A stretch of 64,000 nt of DNA from Azolla caroliniana. Taxonomy: Eukaryota > Plantae > Polypodiophyta. Position numbers and translations under genes: made by a program. How positions within the stretch are numbered: position 1 is the stretch's first letter; each line of letters begins with the position of its first letter. Below, in pieces: positions 24,102-36,552 of the stretch. The stretch is from positions 14,818,001 through 14,882,000 of the forward strand of contig JBHGNT010000006.1 in assembly GCA_043228905.1 (NCBI GenBank), given 5' to 3'. The notes under the pieces were generated by a model that was not told where the DNA came from, ran no database searches, and worked only from the letters and a program-made list of their open reading frames with translations.

Positions 24102-25197
24102 GGGTTGAAGCATGTTACAGTGTACCAAAAAAGTATTGTTTTTGACCAAAAAAAAATAGTAATTGATTTTGGCGCTTCTCACTATCGTCTCCTCTTCCCC
24201 CTTCCAACCTAGCCCATCTCAGATTCATTGTTTTGTTGTTCTCTGCATCTCAGGTATTCGCAGCACACGAATGTCCCCATCGTTTTGCTATTCTTTGCAT
24301 CTCAGGCATTCACAGCATGTGAATGTCCCCATCGTTTTGTTGTTCTTTGCGTCACTAATCTTCCCCAGCTTCTCCTTCCCTCGGTATGTCTTCTCCTTCT
24401 CTTGGTATATCTTCTCCTTCCCTTGGTATGTCTTCTCCATCTTCTCCTTCACTTGGTATAACTCTTACATTTTTGTAGCATAAGTTCTCTAGTGTTGATT
24501 AGAGCTATTATTTATGGCATAGGTTATTTAAGAACAGTTTTTAGGCTTTAATATTTATAGTTTATCCTTTGCAATGCAAAATTTAAGATTAATTTATGCT
24601 AAAGAGATTATGTCTTCATTATCATCATGATTATTATTTTCATTATCATCTCCATCTACTTGTTCATCGTTACCATATTACGTTGATCATACTGTTATTT
24701 GTATTGTTTCCCGATCTTAATGGATTATAGTCTTTTTGCCAATGATGTCATGCACATGTGGATAACACCTAAAACCTAACTTTTATATTAGCCTAATGTT
24801 ATGGTCAAACTAGTAATTTAGTTAACTTACGGTTCTAGAAGAGATAACAACTTAGTAAAAATGAAAAGTGAGATATGTTTTTTGTGATACTTCAGTTTTA
24901 TGTTTTAGATTGTCTAAAGCCGTGGTTTTATGGTTTAGATTTGGTTCATTTTCATTCATCCATTTCAGAATAGTCTAACTTAAATGATGGTTGTCTTTCT
25001 TAAAAGTTAATTGTTTTGGAAAAGGAATATATGAGTGTGGCATAATCGTACATGTTTATTCGAAAACTGGTTGATATTTATGCTATGGTGTATTAAGTAT
25101 GTTTATTCTACGATGTATTAAACACTTATTTTGATTAATTATGTACAAAAATAACAAGAAATTAGGTGCTAGAATATATGAGAGTGACAATGGTAGT

Positions 25198-25905
25198 TGA
25201 TAATGAGAGAAAGAAAAAAGATAGAGAAGAGAAGAGGAAGAAAAAAGAATACTTCAATATACTATTAGGAAAACAATATAATCCTCTTAGACTCCAAAAG
25301 TAACAACCCCAAATACCTACTTCAATATACTATTAGCCAAAATAGTCTTTCCTTCTTCTCTCTTTCTTCAACTAATCTTCATATTCTTCCTCACTTCTTC
25401 TTTTAGATATTCTATTCCTCTTTCTCCTTTGTAACTATTCTATTCCCCCTTTGTCTCTCCCAATCGCTAAGAATACCCTCATACCTATAAGTTTTTAGTT
25501 GCGTTATTCTTGCTTTTTCTTTAAAATTTCTTTTCTTTTACATATCCTCGAGTTTGTGTGGTGCGTTTTTCATATCATTATTTATGGTTTGTCATCTAAA
25601 TTTATCATACAAGAAAGCTCTCTTCATCAGCTTTCTTACGAATCTTTTCTTTTTAAATTTGGACATGAGATGAAGAAGTAATGAGTTTTTTTCTCTACCT
25701 TGCTTTCTCTGCCTTTGTATGAGTTTTTTCGTTTTTTCTATTTTCTTGCTTTTTTTGCTTCTGAAAAATGCCTCTAACTTCATATCCCTTCAATCTCATT
25801 CTTTTTTTAACTCTTGAACCTTTCATATTGTGTTGTATTATTATTCACCTTAGTATCTGATGTATCTGCCATGGTCTTTTCTTACGAGCAAAAAGTGACT
25901 CCACA
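25198..25905 (+). mobile_element. Solo LTR (family S), copy 1
   Basis: TG...CA ends with a 5-bp TSD GTAGT; similar to 26473-27138 and 38904-39699. Confidence 0.85.
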
Positions 25906-26472
25906 GTAGTCATTAAGGATAGTGAGTTATCATGTAGTAAATCTATGTTTGAGAGGAGCAAGAGACGGGTAGTTCTTTACATAGTCCATTATTTACTAGA
26001 AGTAATTGAGAGATTTACTAAGGAAGATCGTAGGGATATTATCTCTAGAGTGTTGCACCATCAACTTTTGAATAAAAACATGGAGAATATTAAGTTTAGG
26101 GACCAATGTGTTTCAAAGGAGATTGTACAGTCTATGAAGTCATCCCTACACTTAGCGAAAGGGGTAGAGAGCATAGATAAGCTTGGTGCAAAGAGAGCAG
26201 CCCTTCACATGGTTGTAAATGGTACAAGAAAAAAAAAATAGTGATACTAAAGTTGCTTTAGCCCTTGGTATTAAATGAAGAGGAACTTGAGGAAGCATTG
26301 GAAAAATATACAATCAAATCATTTTAAGCGGTTGGGGTTAAGCTGTAGACGACGATGTGATGCCTTGTCTCATTAGATTATTGAGAAAGTGGATTCCTTT
26401 TGGGAAAAAAACACACGTGTCTCACCGAATAAAAAAGATGTATCTAGACAACGTATAAGTCAGGGTAGGTAC

Positions 26473-27138
26473 TGATGATGAGAGAAAGAAAAAAGATAGA
26501 GAAGAGAAGAGGAAGTGAAAAGAATACTTCAATATACTATAAGGAAACCAATACAATCCTCTTAGATTCCAAAAGTAACAACCCCAAATAACTACTTCAA
26601 TATACTATTAGCCAAAATAGTCTTTCCTCCATCTCTCTTTCTTCAACTAATCTTCCTCTCACTTCTTCTTGTAGATATTCTATTCCTCCCTTTGTCTCTC
26701 CCAATTGCTAAGAATACCCTCATATTTATAGGTTTTTAGTTACGTTATTCTTGCTTTTTTCTTTTCTTTCTACATATCCTCGAGTTTGTGTGATGTGTTT
26801 TTCATATCATTATTTCTGGTTTGTCATCCAAATTCATCATATAAGAAAGCTCTCTTTGTTAGCTTTCTTACAAATCTTTCCTTTCGAAAAATTGGATATG
26901 AGGTGAAGAAGTTATGAGCTTTTTTCTCTACCTTGCTTTTTTTGTCTTTTTTATGCGTTTTTTTCTTTTTTCTTTTTCCCTGTTTTTTCTACTTTTGGAA
27001 AATGCCTCTAACTTCATATCCCTTCAATTTCATTCTTCTTTTAACTTTGAACCTTTCATATTGTGCTTTATTCTTATACACCTTAGCATCCGATGTATTT
27101 GCCATGGTCTTTTCTTACGAGCAAAAATTGACTTCACA
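26473..27138 (+). mobile_element. Solo LTR (family S), copy 2
   Basis: TG...CA ends; TSD GGTAC/AGTAC; removal restores transposase frame QGRY-QIH. Confidence 0.85.
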
Positions 27139-28059
27139 AGTACCAAATTCACCTAAGAAACTTCTTGGAGATGACTGAGGTAATTTTTTATTATTATCTA
27201 TTTGGTTCTAAATTTTGTTTACTAAAGGATTCCATTAACCTTAACTATTTATTGAGTGATGTAGGCTTAATTGTTCATGAATTTCAAAGACCAACATCCT
27301 AGCATCAATCTTGGATTTCGTAAGTTCCAAGGTTTGCAACCGTTTTTTGTTAGAAAATTAAAAGAGAGGAAGAGGAACACATGTTGTTGTGTGTACCACA
27401 TTAAAATGAACATGTTAAGGCTTGGCCTGAACACTATGTGTACTGATTCTAAGGGTATACACGGGGATGGGTGTGTTTGCACTTGTGAGGTATGTAGATC
27501 AAATGGGAGTGATAATAGATGTAATGCACGAAACATGACTTATGCATCAGCTTCTGAGCTATGGAGGTCGGTTGTTTGTGAAAAACGGAGTTATTGGAAA
27601 AATTCACAATTCAAGGAATGTATAAATAACTTACCACCAGATGTTATGGTATCTATTATTGACTTTGCAGATAACTATATGTTTAAAGTTCAAAATGAGG
27701 TTCAGTCAATGCATTGGTACAATGACCAATGCACAATACTTGTACATATTTGCTATGGGAGAGAAGACGATGAGTTACATAAGGAATCAATATTCCACAT
27801 TTCAAATGATAAAAAGCATGATACGCTATTTGTTCAACATTGTTTTAAGCTTCACCACGTAAATTTATTGTCCTTGGGTGTTAACTTTAATTGCCATTGG
27901 GTTTGGTCTGATGGTGCTGCCTTGCAATTTAAGGATACTTATAAATGGAAGTCTATTTTGGTAGTACTCCAGAGTACTTATAAATGTTTGTAAAAAATAC
28001 AATTAGTAAGTCTCCTACTACATGCACCAGTACTGTCTTGAAATGTGAATCTAAATTGA

Positions 28060-28896
28060 TTGGCCATTTAGTTCTCCCCTCCTAGATTTACTAGTACTGA
28101 TTATGGTAATAACCGTGTTAAGTAAACTTAATTTACAACATAGTATAGTCCTCCCAAGTGCACAAGTACTGATTATGGTTTACAACCAAGTACTCAGATC
28201 CCGCACGCACAAGTACTAATTTATAACTTAGGATTGACATCTTGCTGGCATTAGTACTAATTTATATCTCAACACTGTCCTATCTTGTGCATTAGTACTA
28301 ATGAATAACTTAGTACTTTCCTCTTTTGTTCATTAGTGCTAATTTATAACTTTGGACTGCCATCCGGCAAGCATGAACACTAATTAATACTTAGCCTTTT
28401 CCTCTCTCATACATTTGTATTAATTAATCACTTAGTTGTATTCAACTTTGTTCATTAGTTCTAATTTATAACTTAGGATGGTCCTCTCTCATGCATTAGT
28501 ACTAATTAATAACTTAGCACTGTCCAACTTTGTTCATTAGTTCTAATTTATAATTTAGGATGGTCCTCTCTCGTGCATTAGTACTAATTAATAACTTAGC
28601 ACTGTCCAACTTTGTTCATTAGTTCTAATTTATAACTTAGGATGGTCCTCTCTCGTGCATTAGTACTAATTAATAACTTAGCACTGTCCAACTTTGCTCA
28701 TTAAGACCAACTTATAACTTAGGACTGTTCTCTCTCATACATTAGTACTAATTAATAACTTACCACTTCCCTCTCTCGTCTGTTAGAATTAATTTCCAAC
28801 TTCGTACTATCTTCTCTCATGCATTAGTACTAATCAATAACTTAGTACTATCCTCTCTCATTCATTTGTACTGATTTAGGTCTTAGTATTGTCCTC
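28060..28896. repeat. 41-bp minisatellite with an 82-bp higher-order dimer, inside the transposase intron
   Basis: Alternating monomers aacttaggatggtcctctctc(a/g)tgcattagtactaattaat / aacttagcactgtccaactttgttcattagttctaatttat; 82-bp period at 28476, 28558, 28640. Confidence 0.92.
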
Positions 28897-30694
28897 TCTA
28901 CATTGATGAGATCACAAATTTTATTGCTCATAAGGGAGGCAATGGAGTAGTCCTTGGGGATACACAGGTGCGTATCTTGCTTTGTGCAGACGACATAGTT
29001 TTGCTCTCTGAATCCGAACACGACCTACAAAGGCACCTTAATGGCTTAGATGACTTTTGCACACAACGAGGATTGGTAGTGAATTTAGGGAAAACTAAAG
29101 TCCTTATCTTCCACACGTCGGCCCAAGTTAGAGCTAAGTGTCACCTAACTATCTCCCATAGCCCAGTTGAGGTGGTTGGATCATATGTCTATCTCGGAGT
29201 CACTTTCAGCGAAGGATAGACTTACAAGAGGACATGCATCCCTCTCACTCCTCGAGAGACAATGCCACCAAGCATACTTCCAAGAGCCACGAACTAAAGG
29301 GTGGCTCTTTGACTCATTAGTGACTCCCTCTCTCATGTATGCATCGGCGGTTTGGGCTCCAGGACTACCATCTTTCATGTGGATGCAATTAGAGAGACCA
29401 TTGGTGATGATGTTATCACGCCAACTCCGAAGCAAATTGTCGGTCCCACATGACATTATTAGGGCTGAGTTCACTCTACCCCCTGTGTTAGTAGAAGCAC
29501 TTTTTCAACTTGTAGTCTTTATCCACAGGATACATAACCAACCACTTGATAGAATATCCCACCAAGCCTTTAAGGCTTCTCGAGCACTGTATGAGTCCGG
29601 CTATACTAGCTCATGGTATGGCATGATGGTGAGTTGGCTTCTTGCCAACGGTCTAGACATTAATAACCTCCCCCCCCTCTTAAGTACGACCACACGACTA
29701 ATAACACTTTAATCTCTCATGAGGACCATAATAAAGTAATACGCCAAGAAATATGGCAAATTTATACTCGATATAAATGGATCACCCCACTAAAGCCACT
29801 CCCATCTAAAATGCCGTACTATAAGGAACACTTTATGCACTTCTCTAAGTTAGGTTTTATCACGTGCCCAAAATATCTAGATGTATTCTTACCACATGCA
29901 CTAAGGGTTGCCATTGGTCAACTTAGAATATCATCTCACCAACTTGAGATTGAGAATGGACATACTAATGGAGTCCCTAGGGAGGAAAGGATATGTAGGT
30001 TATGCCACATAGAGATAAAGGATGAGTACCATTTTACATGCAAATGCCCCACCTATGCCGAGATAAGGGGCAAATACCAAGACATACTTGGTTCCTCTCC
30101 CACCCTCCCTAAACTATTAGATACACTAGATATAAAGAAATTAGGTAGATACATCTTAGAATTGAAACAACATAGAGAGAATAAGTTACAAAACGTTGAT
30201 AATAATGTTGCTAATGTTTACCAACATGTAACAAATGAAGTTTTTCAGGAATAGGGGGAGACAATGAATGTCGACACACCTGCACCACTCGGGCTTTTCC
30301 TTGATGAAGCAGAAAATCAAAGAAGAACCAAACGCCCTTGGATGCCGTGTTTCAAAGCAACTCGACGAGATGGAGAAGGAATAAAGAAAATAAGGGAACG
30401 TGAACTACACCGCCTAGAAGCCATGGCTAGGGCACTCTATGCATCGGGACCATGGGTCACACCCACACCAAAAACTTTTGACCTCCCACTTCTTTTTGAG
30501 AGACTTGGGTGGAAATGAGATTAGGCTTAGTGCAAAGTTTTATACACTACTAGAACTTTCTTAGCTTAAGCTATTTTCTTTTATTTTAGTTTTGATGATT
30601 GGATAAACACTCATTTTTGTTGTAACTCAATTGTCTCATGGGCCAAATTTGGCCTTAGAAGACGTTAATATATCTTTCTTTCTTTCTTTCTTTC
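28897..30694 (+). mobile_element. 5'-truncated RTEX-like LINE with (TTTC)n tail
   Basis: LLCADDIVL RT motif; C-terminal LRISSHQLEIENG...REERICRLC..EIKDEYHFTCKCPTY zinc finger; TTTC repeats at 30673-30694; inserted within a minisatellite monomer. Confidence 0.85.
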
Positions 30695-31499
30695 TCGTGC
30701 ATTAGACTTAATAATTATGGTTTAAGTCATGTTAAGAATTGTACGCTCTACACTAACTGTGTTTGTTGGCTAACTATCATGCAAAACACCTAGATACTTC
30801 TCATTGACAAATATTAGGATGCAATGGAACTACTTCGGGTCTGGACATGGAAAGGGAGATCACAATGGCGCGGGGGCTGTGATCAAGCGTGCTCTTACAA
30901 GTGAGCAGTTAGATAATAAAGGTGCTAAGTTACAAAATGCACATGATGTTGTGGAGTGGCTCACATGGAAGATGCCAAATGATGGTAAGAATAGATTGTT
31001 TATTGAGGTTTGTGCGAATGAGGTGGATAGGAGTAAATTGTATGGTTATAAAACCGTGAAAGGGACGCGGAAGACCCATTGCGTTTTAGGGTTTAGTTGC
31101 AAGGACACAACACAATTGTTATTCCTCAATTTATCGTGCTTTTGTTCCACGCGTTTAGATGAAGCTTGGGATGAATGCACCAATCTATCAATTGTGGAGC
31201 CATGGAAGCCACATAAGCTTGAGATAGAACTACTGAGTGGCATGAGGTAGTAGACAACTAACTACAATGCATATCAAACTAGTACTTAAACTGTGTTAAG
31301 TGTTTACTAACCTAGACATACCTAAGATAGCAATGTTTCATTCCACTCATCACTAATCTTCTCACTGTCACATGTGTGCATAACAAGTGTCAATGTGATC
31401 ATTCTCAAATATATGAGTTCTAAAATAGTATCAAATTCACATTCTGGATAAGTAAACCAAAACAATGTCAAGAAACAGGTAATCAATAACTTTGCATTC

Positions 31500-34400
31500 G
31501 GTAATCAATTACAGACAACGATCTAAATACAATTAACTTCGGTTTTAGTTTTTTCTGGATCTTGTAATGTGCCTATTTTTGGAAGCATTCTTCTCAGATT
31601 TCACACCCTTCTTCATCTTAAAGCCATGAGGTAGTAAACTACAAAGTGGCAATTCATCATCAGAAGGGGAAGCCAAGGTTGAGGGAACAATGTGCTCTAT
31701 TGCAACTACCTAAGATGCACACACTTCTAAGAAGATGCAATCGATAGTCTTACCATTAATCTCCTGGAAGTCATTGGACACCTCATTCTTCAATTTTCCC
31801 CGCTGCTCTTCATGGGTAAAACCGGTGTTCTACACTAACACTTTATTAGGAGTACATATATGTTCCTCTTCTAGGGTCGTCGTCTTCATTGAAAACTCCT
31901 CATTGATGATACTAGACACTTGGTTCTTTCTACAATCTTGCTCCAAGTGCAGGCTACTTGCGATATTTTGGTAAGACACCTCATTCATTGTACCACCTTG
32001 TTCTTCTTCTTGGGTGGTTGCTACAATCTCCTTAATGATACAATCTTGCCCTAGATTAAGGCTACTTACGGTGTTTTGGACACACACCTCATTCTTTGTA
32101 CAACCATGATCCTCTCCTTGGGTCAAATTCACATTCCTTGTAGTCTCCTTGTATAAGTTTCTTGTCATCTCATTCTTTGTGCACTCCAACTCCTCTTTTT
32201 GGGTGATTTCATATTCCTCATGTGTGGTAGCATCTGAGCCTAATAATCAAAATTGCTCCATAAACTACCTGAATCACTTGATGGTATTTGGGAATCTCCA
32301 TGTTCTTCTACTCCTAAATAAAATAGAGGGATATAAGAACAATATCAATTCACATTCTAGAAAAAGTGAAGGCACCTAGCCAAATGTTTAAGGTTAAGGG
32401 ACAATGTTTACCTACCGTTACATCTTTATCTTGAACTTTTGTAGATGAGTCTCTGCAGATGATTGTGTTTGCCATGTGCTGCAAGTCCTGGTTTGCATTG
32501 GCATCACACTCGTCATTATTTCTTGGGATGGTGCCAATCTCAGGTTGGGGCTCTTCATCATGCCAAGATTTCACAACACTTGTACATTATTATCACTGGG
32601 TTAATATGGTCAAAATAACTATTAGATGAGAGGGTTCCCAACATGTACCTGGAAGTAAGATAAATTCTTCCTCATATTGTGGCTCTGAATCAGTATCTCC
32701 ATTTTCATTAATCTTTTCTTCCTTGCCTAAAAACAAAAGTACGTGGTATTAGTCTAACAAAAATAACTTTACAACTCTCAAAGTTTGTGAGAATTTGTAT
32801 GACCCACCACAACAATCAACTTTGTATTTATTCCCCTTTCCATACAATTTCCTTGCAGCATTACGCTTCTTCATAGGCTCTATGATAGAAACATAAGAAA
32901 TTAGAAATATACCAACATCTTAGAACTGAGAAGTGCAAACATAATTAGCATTACCATTGACACAGTCAGGGCGCGCCGAGCTAGGAGAATTTGTTTGAAG
33001 CAACACATATTCAACTATTCCAATCGCCTTTCTCATACATTCATCTTCATCATAAATTTCATCAGGTATCACTAAGGAACGACCGTAGACTTTGGAATTA
33101 GCAGCAGACTCTATACATAGTATTGTGGGGGTTGGTTGGTTAATTATCTTCCCTGACGTGGTGTTGTTAGATACTATAATTCATATTATAGAGTACATAT
33201 TATAACATGAGTCCAATATTACAAATATTATTAGCACTGAATCAAGTGGACATTTAAGACATTCAGTATTAAATAATCAGTACTGATTCAATTAATCATG
33301 AAAGAATACATTATAATCAGTAATTACTAATGTTAGTACTAAATAACCAAGACCTTCATGTGGTGTTGTTCGGTCATGCAGAGCTAAGTCAAGTGGACAC
33401 AAACGTATAATGTAATGAACAATTTAGTACTAATACAAGTAGTCCAATGGACAATTAAGACCTTCAGTACTTCATCAACTGATCACCAAGAAATACAATG
33501 TAATCAGTATTGTTAGTACTTAATCAACAAGAAAGGGATTTGGGGGTACATTACTAAACAATTTGGACACAAAAGGTCGATACATCATGTGGTAATGAAC
33601 AATGTTAGCACTAAACAACCAAGACCTTCATGCCTATTTGTTTGGTCATGCAAAGGCTAAGTCAAGTGGACACAAAAAGTACAATGTAATTAGTAATGTT
33701 AGTACTTAATCATGAATAAAGGATCTTGAGGGAACAATACTCATAGGTATAAAAACAAAAACAAAACCAAAAGTAAAATTATAAAATCATAGTATAAAAA
33801 TTGCATAATGCTTAAATCACATACCATAGGAGTGTACTTTCAAACCCCAAGCTAAGTACCATTCGGCTCCAACTATACTTTTACAATCCAAACATATATT
33901 TCTTTCTCAAAATGGTACTTAGTGCATAACAAATGATATGTGTGCAAGCATTGTGTAATGATAACATCCATAGCCTCAAGCTTGAATCCAAGGCCACAGA
34001 ATAAACACCTTCAATAACAAGACACAACATACCACTATATTAGCACCAATGATATTTTATACCATACAAGGTCAAAAAGGAAAAATATACTGTGATATAG
34101 TAATACTTGTAATTGTACTTTCCATGCAAGCGGGGTGCTCAACTACGTCTGGACACAGAGTATCTAAACCTTTCTCCTTTAGACCATTCATCAAACATGT
34201 TAGGTTCTCTGAATGCAGCTTTAAGGTTGATAACTGCTCATCAATTTTAGAACGAGAAGACTTCAATGTCTCTAGATCTTTCTTCTATGCCTCTAGATGA
34301 GTACCCATAGTTTTGAGCTCCTTCTTCAACTCCTCTTTCAACACATCGCTTTCAGAATTTTGGATTGTTGATGCAATCCTTTCGTATGTATTCGACATAA

Positions 34401-35140
34401 ATGTGAATTGTTTCTCTACCGCCATCTCACTAGATGAAACTTCTTCCAAATCGGATGCAGTGCTTGTATTTTTGTTCGCATGGAAGCTATACAATGCAAC
34501 AATCTCTCTTCATGCTTTTCTGTCAGTGTGGCTCTTTGTTTTGCAATCTGTTGAGTCAACACAGTTGTCCTAGCTGGGATTTCAATATGAGAGGTACCCT
34601 CAGACTTCATGGTAGTGTTAGTACTTGAGGACCCTCTATAATGTGATGATCGATGATGACCAAAATCATCCCAATCAACTTCTATGCCACCATGGAGTTC
34701 ACATGCAAATGCACAAGCAAAGGTAGCTCCTACTTCATTGTTTAGGACATGTTTCGTATCATAAACTTGTTCATATCGTGACTTTAGTTTAGTGATATAA
34801 TCCTTCTTCAATTGAGTGAGATGGAAACCTCTCCGTGTCTCTAGTTGTGATGAGCCCCAAGTTTTCATCATCCACATGTCTAGGTCTTCATAAGTGTCAT
34901 GTCGTGCATGAAGAAAATATCCCCATTCTAATTTTGTACCTTGAAGGATATTTGTGTAAATCTTCTTGCCCTAAGTTGTTAAAAACTTCGACCTCTCTCT
35001 AGTGGGGGTCATCTTACTTTCTTTGATGGGGGTCCTTTTTCTTTCATTGCATGGTGTGTTGACATTTTCTTTGACCATTTTCTTCTTCGTGGGTGTCTTC
35101 CTTGTCATGTGAGTCCTGTCTCTCTTCTTCACCTCACATG
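31500..35140 (-). pseudogene. Multi-exon accessory (cargo) gene of the Sola2 element, function unknown
   Basis: ORF pieces 34416-34877, 34285-34494, 34072-34266, 32350-32574 and 31830-32189 on the minus strand with apparent GT-AG junctions. N-terminal ...RYEQVY...NNEVGATFACAFACELHGGIEVDW domain, then a coiled coil and an acidic tail; (TC)n 5'-UTR-like tract at 36186-36240. Confidence 0.6.
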
Positions 35141-36181
35141 GACAACAATGGTAAATAACAGTAAATCATGCACAACAATAATAAATAATAGTCAATAACA
35201 GTAAATCACAATAACATTTAACGCCAAGAAAACTGGACAGTGTACCCTCTTTCCATATGTCAACCTGTACAAAATTCAAGGAAATGCCGAACATGAAATA
35301 TAATGTTAACTCTCAATACACAACATATACATGCATCATAACAGTACTAAATCAGGTAGTAAAACAATAACAATAAGGACGACAAGAACAACAAAGAGGA
35401 CAACCACAAATAGATAAGAACAAGTACAAGAACAAGATCATTTAACGAGAACCCTCTTTCAATATATCAACATGTACGAAAATTCAAGCACCTGTAGAAA
35501 ATGACATATGCATGTACAAGACTCTCAAATTCAAGCACATGCATGTACAAAGCTCTCAAATGATCAAGGGAGAACAACACAAACAACAACAACAACAACA
35601 ACAAAACCCTAAACGACAATAACAGATAGAATCAAACATATAGCAGAACATGTACCAAATGTCGTTATGGTTGCAGATGTCGTTGTGGAAGTCTTTGTAG
35701 AGGGGACACGTTTGAATCACGGTTTGCAAGCAAACGGACACACCAAGTAGAGAGGGAACACAGTGAGCACTGATCGTTGAAAGGCATCAATGCAAAGATA
35801 ACACAATGGGCAGAGAACACCTGGAGGTAGAGGGAATACGACTAGTAGAGCAGAGGTCGATGCAAAGGGGACAAACACGGTGAGCAGAGAACACATGAGA
35901 TAGAGAACGTAGCTAGCATAGCAAAGATCGATTCAAAGAGGACACAATAAAACACCTAAGAGAGAGAACGCTGCCAGCAGAGGGATACTAGAGGATGCAG
36001 ATGGGTCTCGACGAGGAGAGTTTGCAGAGAAAGCCTGAGAGAGAGAATGCGGGCAGCAGAGAACACCTTGAGGATGCTAATGGGTCTCGACAAGGAGAGT
36101 TTGCAGAGAACACCTGAGAACGTGGAGAAACCTATGCAAAAGGTGGAAGAGAGAGACTCGAGAGAACCAAGGGAATCACTG

Positions 36182-36243
<62 letters not shown>

Positions 36244-36552
36244 ATCTTCATGATTGACTAACTACTCGAGATCTTGTACAGTTAAGATCTCCGTACAACA
36301 TTAGCTAGGATTGTGAACCGACAACCTCAAATGAAATTGACTATAAGAGGGACACTTGGACATAGACATAACAGTGGAAGGATGTGCAATGTTTTTTCAT
36401 ATTTGAAATCCATTTTCATTGAATGCGACTTTTAATTTTAACAGAAGTGATGATCAATTTTTTAAACCAAAATATTGGATTATTTTTACATTTTAAAGTT
36501 ATTCCTCCTCATAGAATTAGTACTAAAACATTTGGCCAAAAGTTGGTACACC

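Larger units (their letters stand above)
25140..31250 (+). pseudogene. Sola2-type DDD transposase, intron-containing, disrupted by two solo LTRs and a LINE
   Basis: TRVSPNKKDV, FKDQHPSINLG..FQ.LQP, TCCCVYH, IDFADNY...QNEVQSMHW, ISNDKKHD, WSDGAALQFK, WNYFGSGHGKGDHNGAGAVIKR, LSCFC motifs; GT-AG intron about 27180-27265. Confidence 0.82.
24102..36552 (+). mobile_element. Sola2-like DNA transposon, 12.45 kb, inserted in the T2 LTR
   Basis: The LTR sequence tatgaagAAAT|agaagaaaatatt is interrupted with an AAAT duplication (24098-24101 and 36553-36556). Imperfect terminal inverted similarity (gtgtaccaa...tttg(a/g)ccaaa). Contains a Sola2-type transposase. Confidence 0.85.

Noticed and set aside
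25198-27138. MITEs with TA TSD
   Set aside because: Boundaries resolve better as TG...CA with 5-bp TSDs in all three copies, so they are solo LTRs.
28060-28896. CRISPR-like array
   Set aside because: Contiguous tandem monomers without unique spacers, eukaryotic context, no cas genes.
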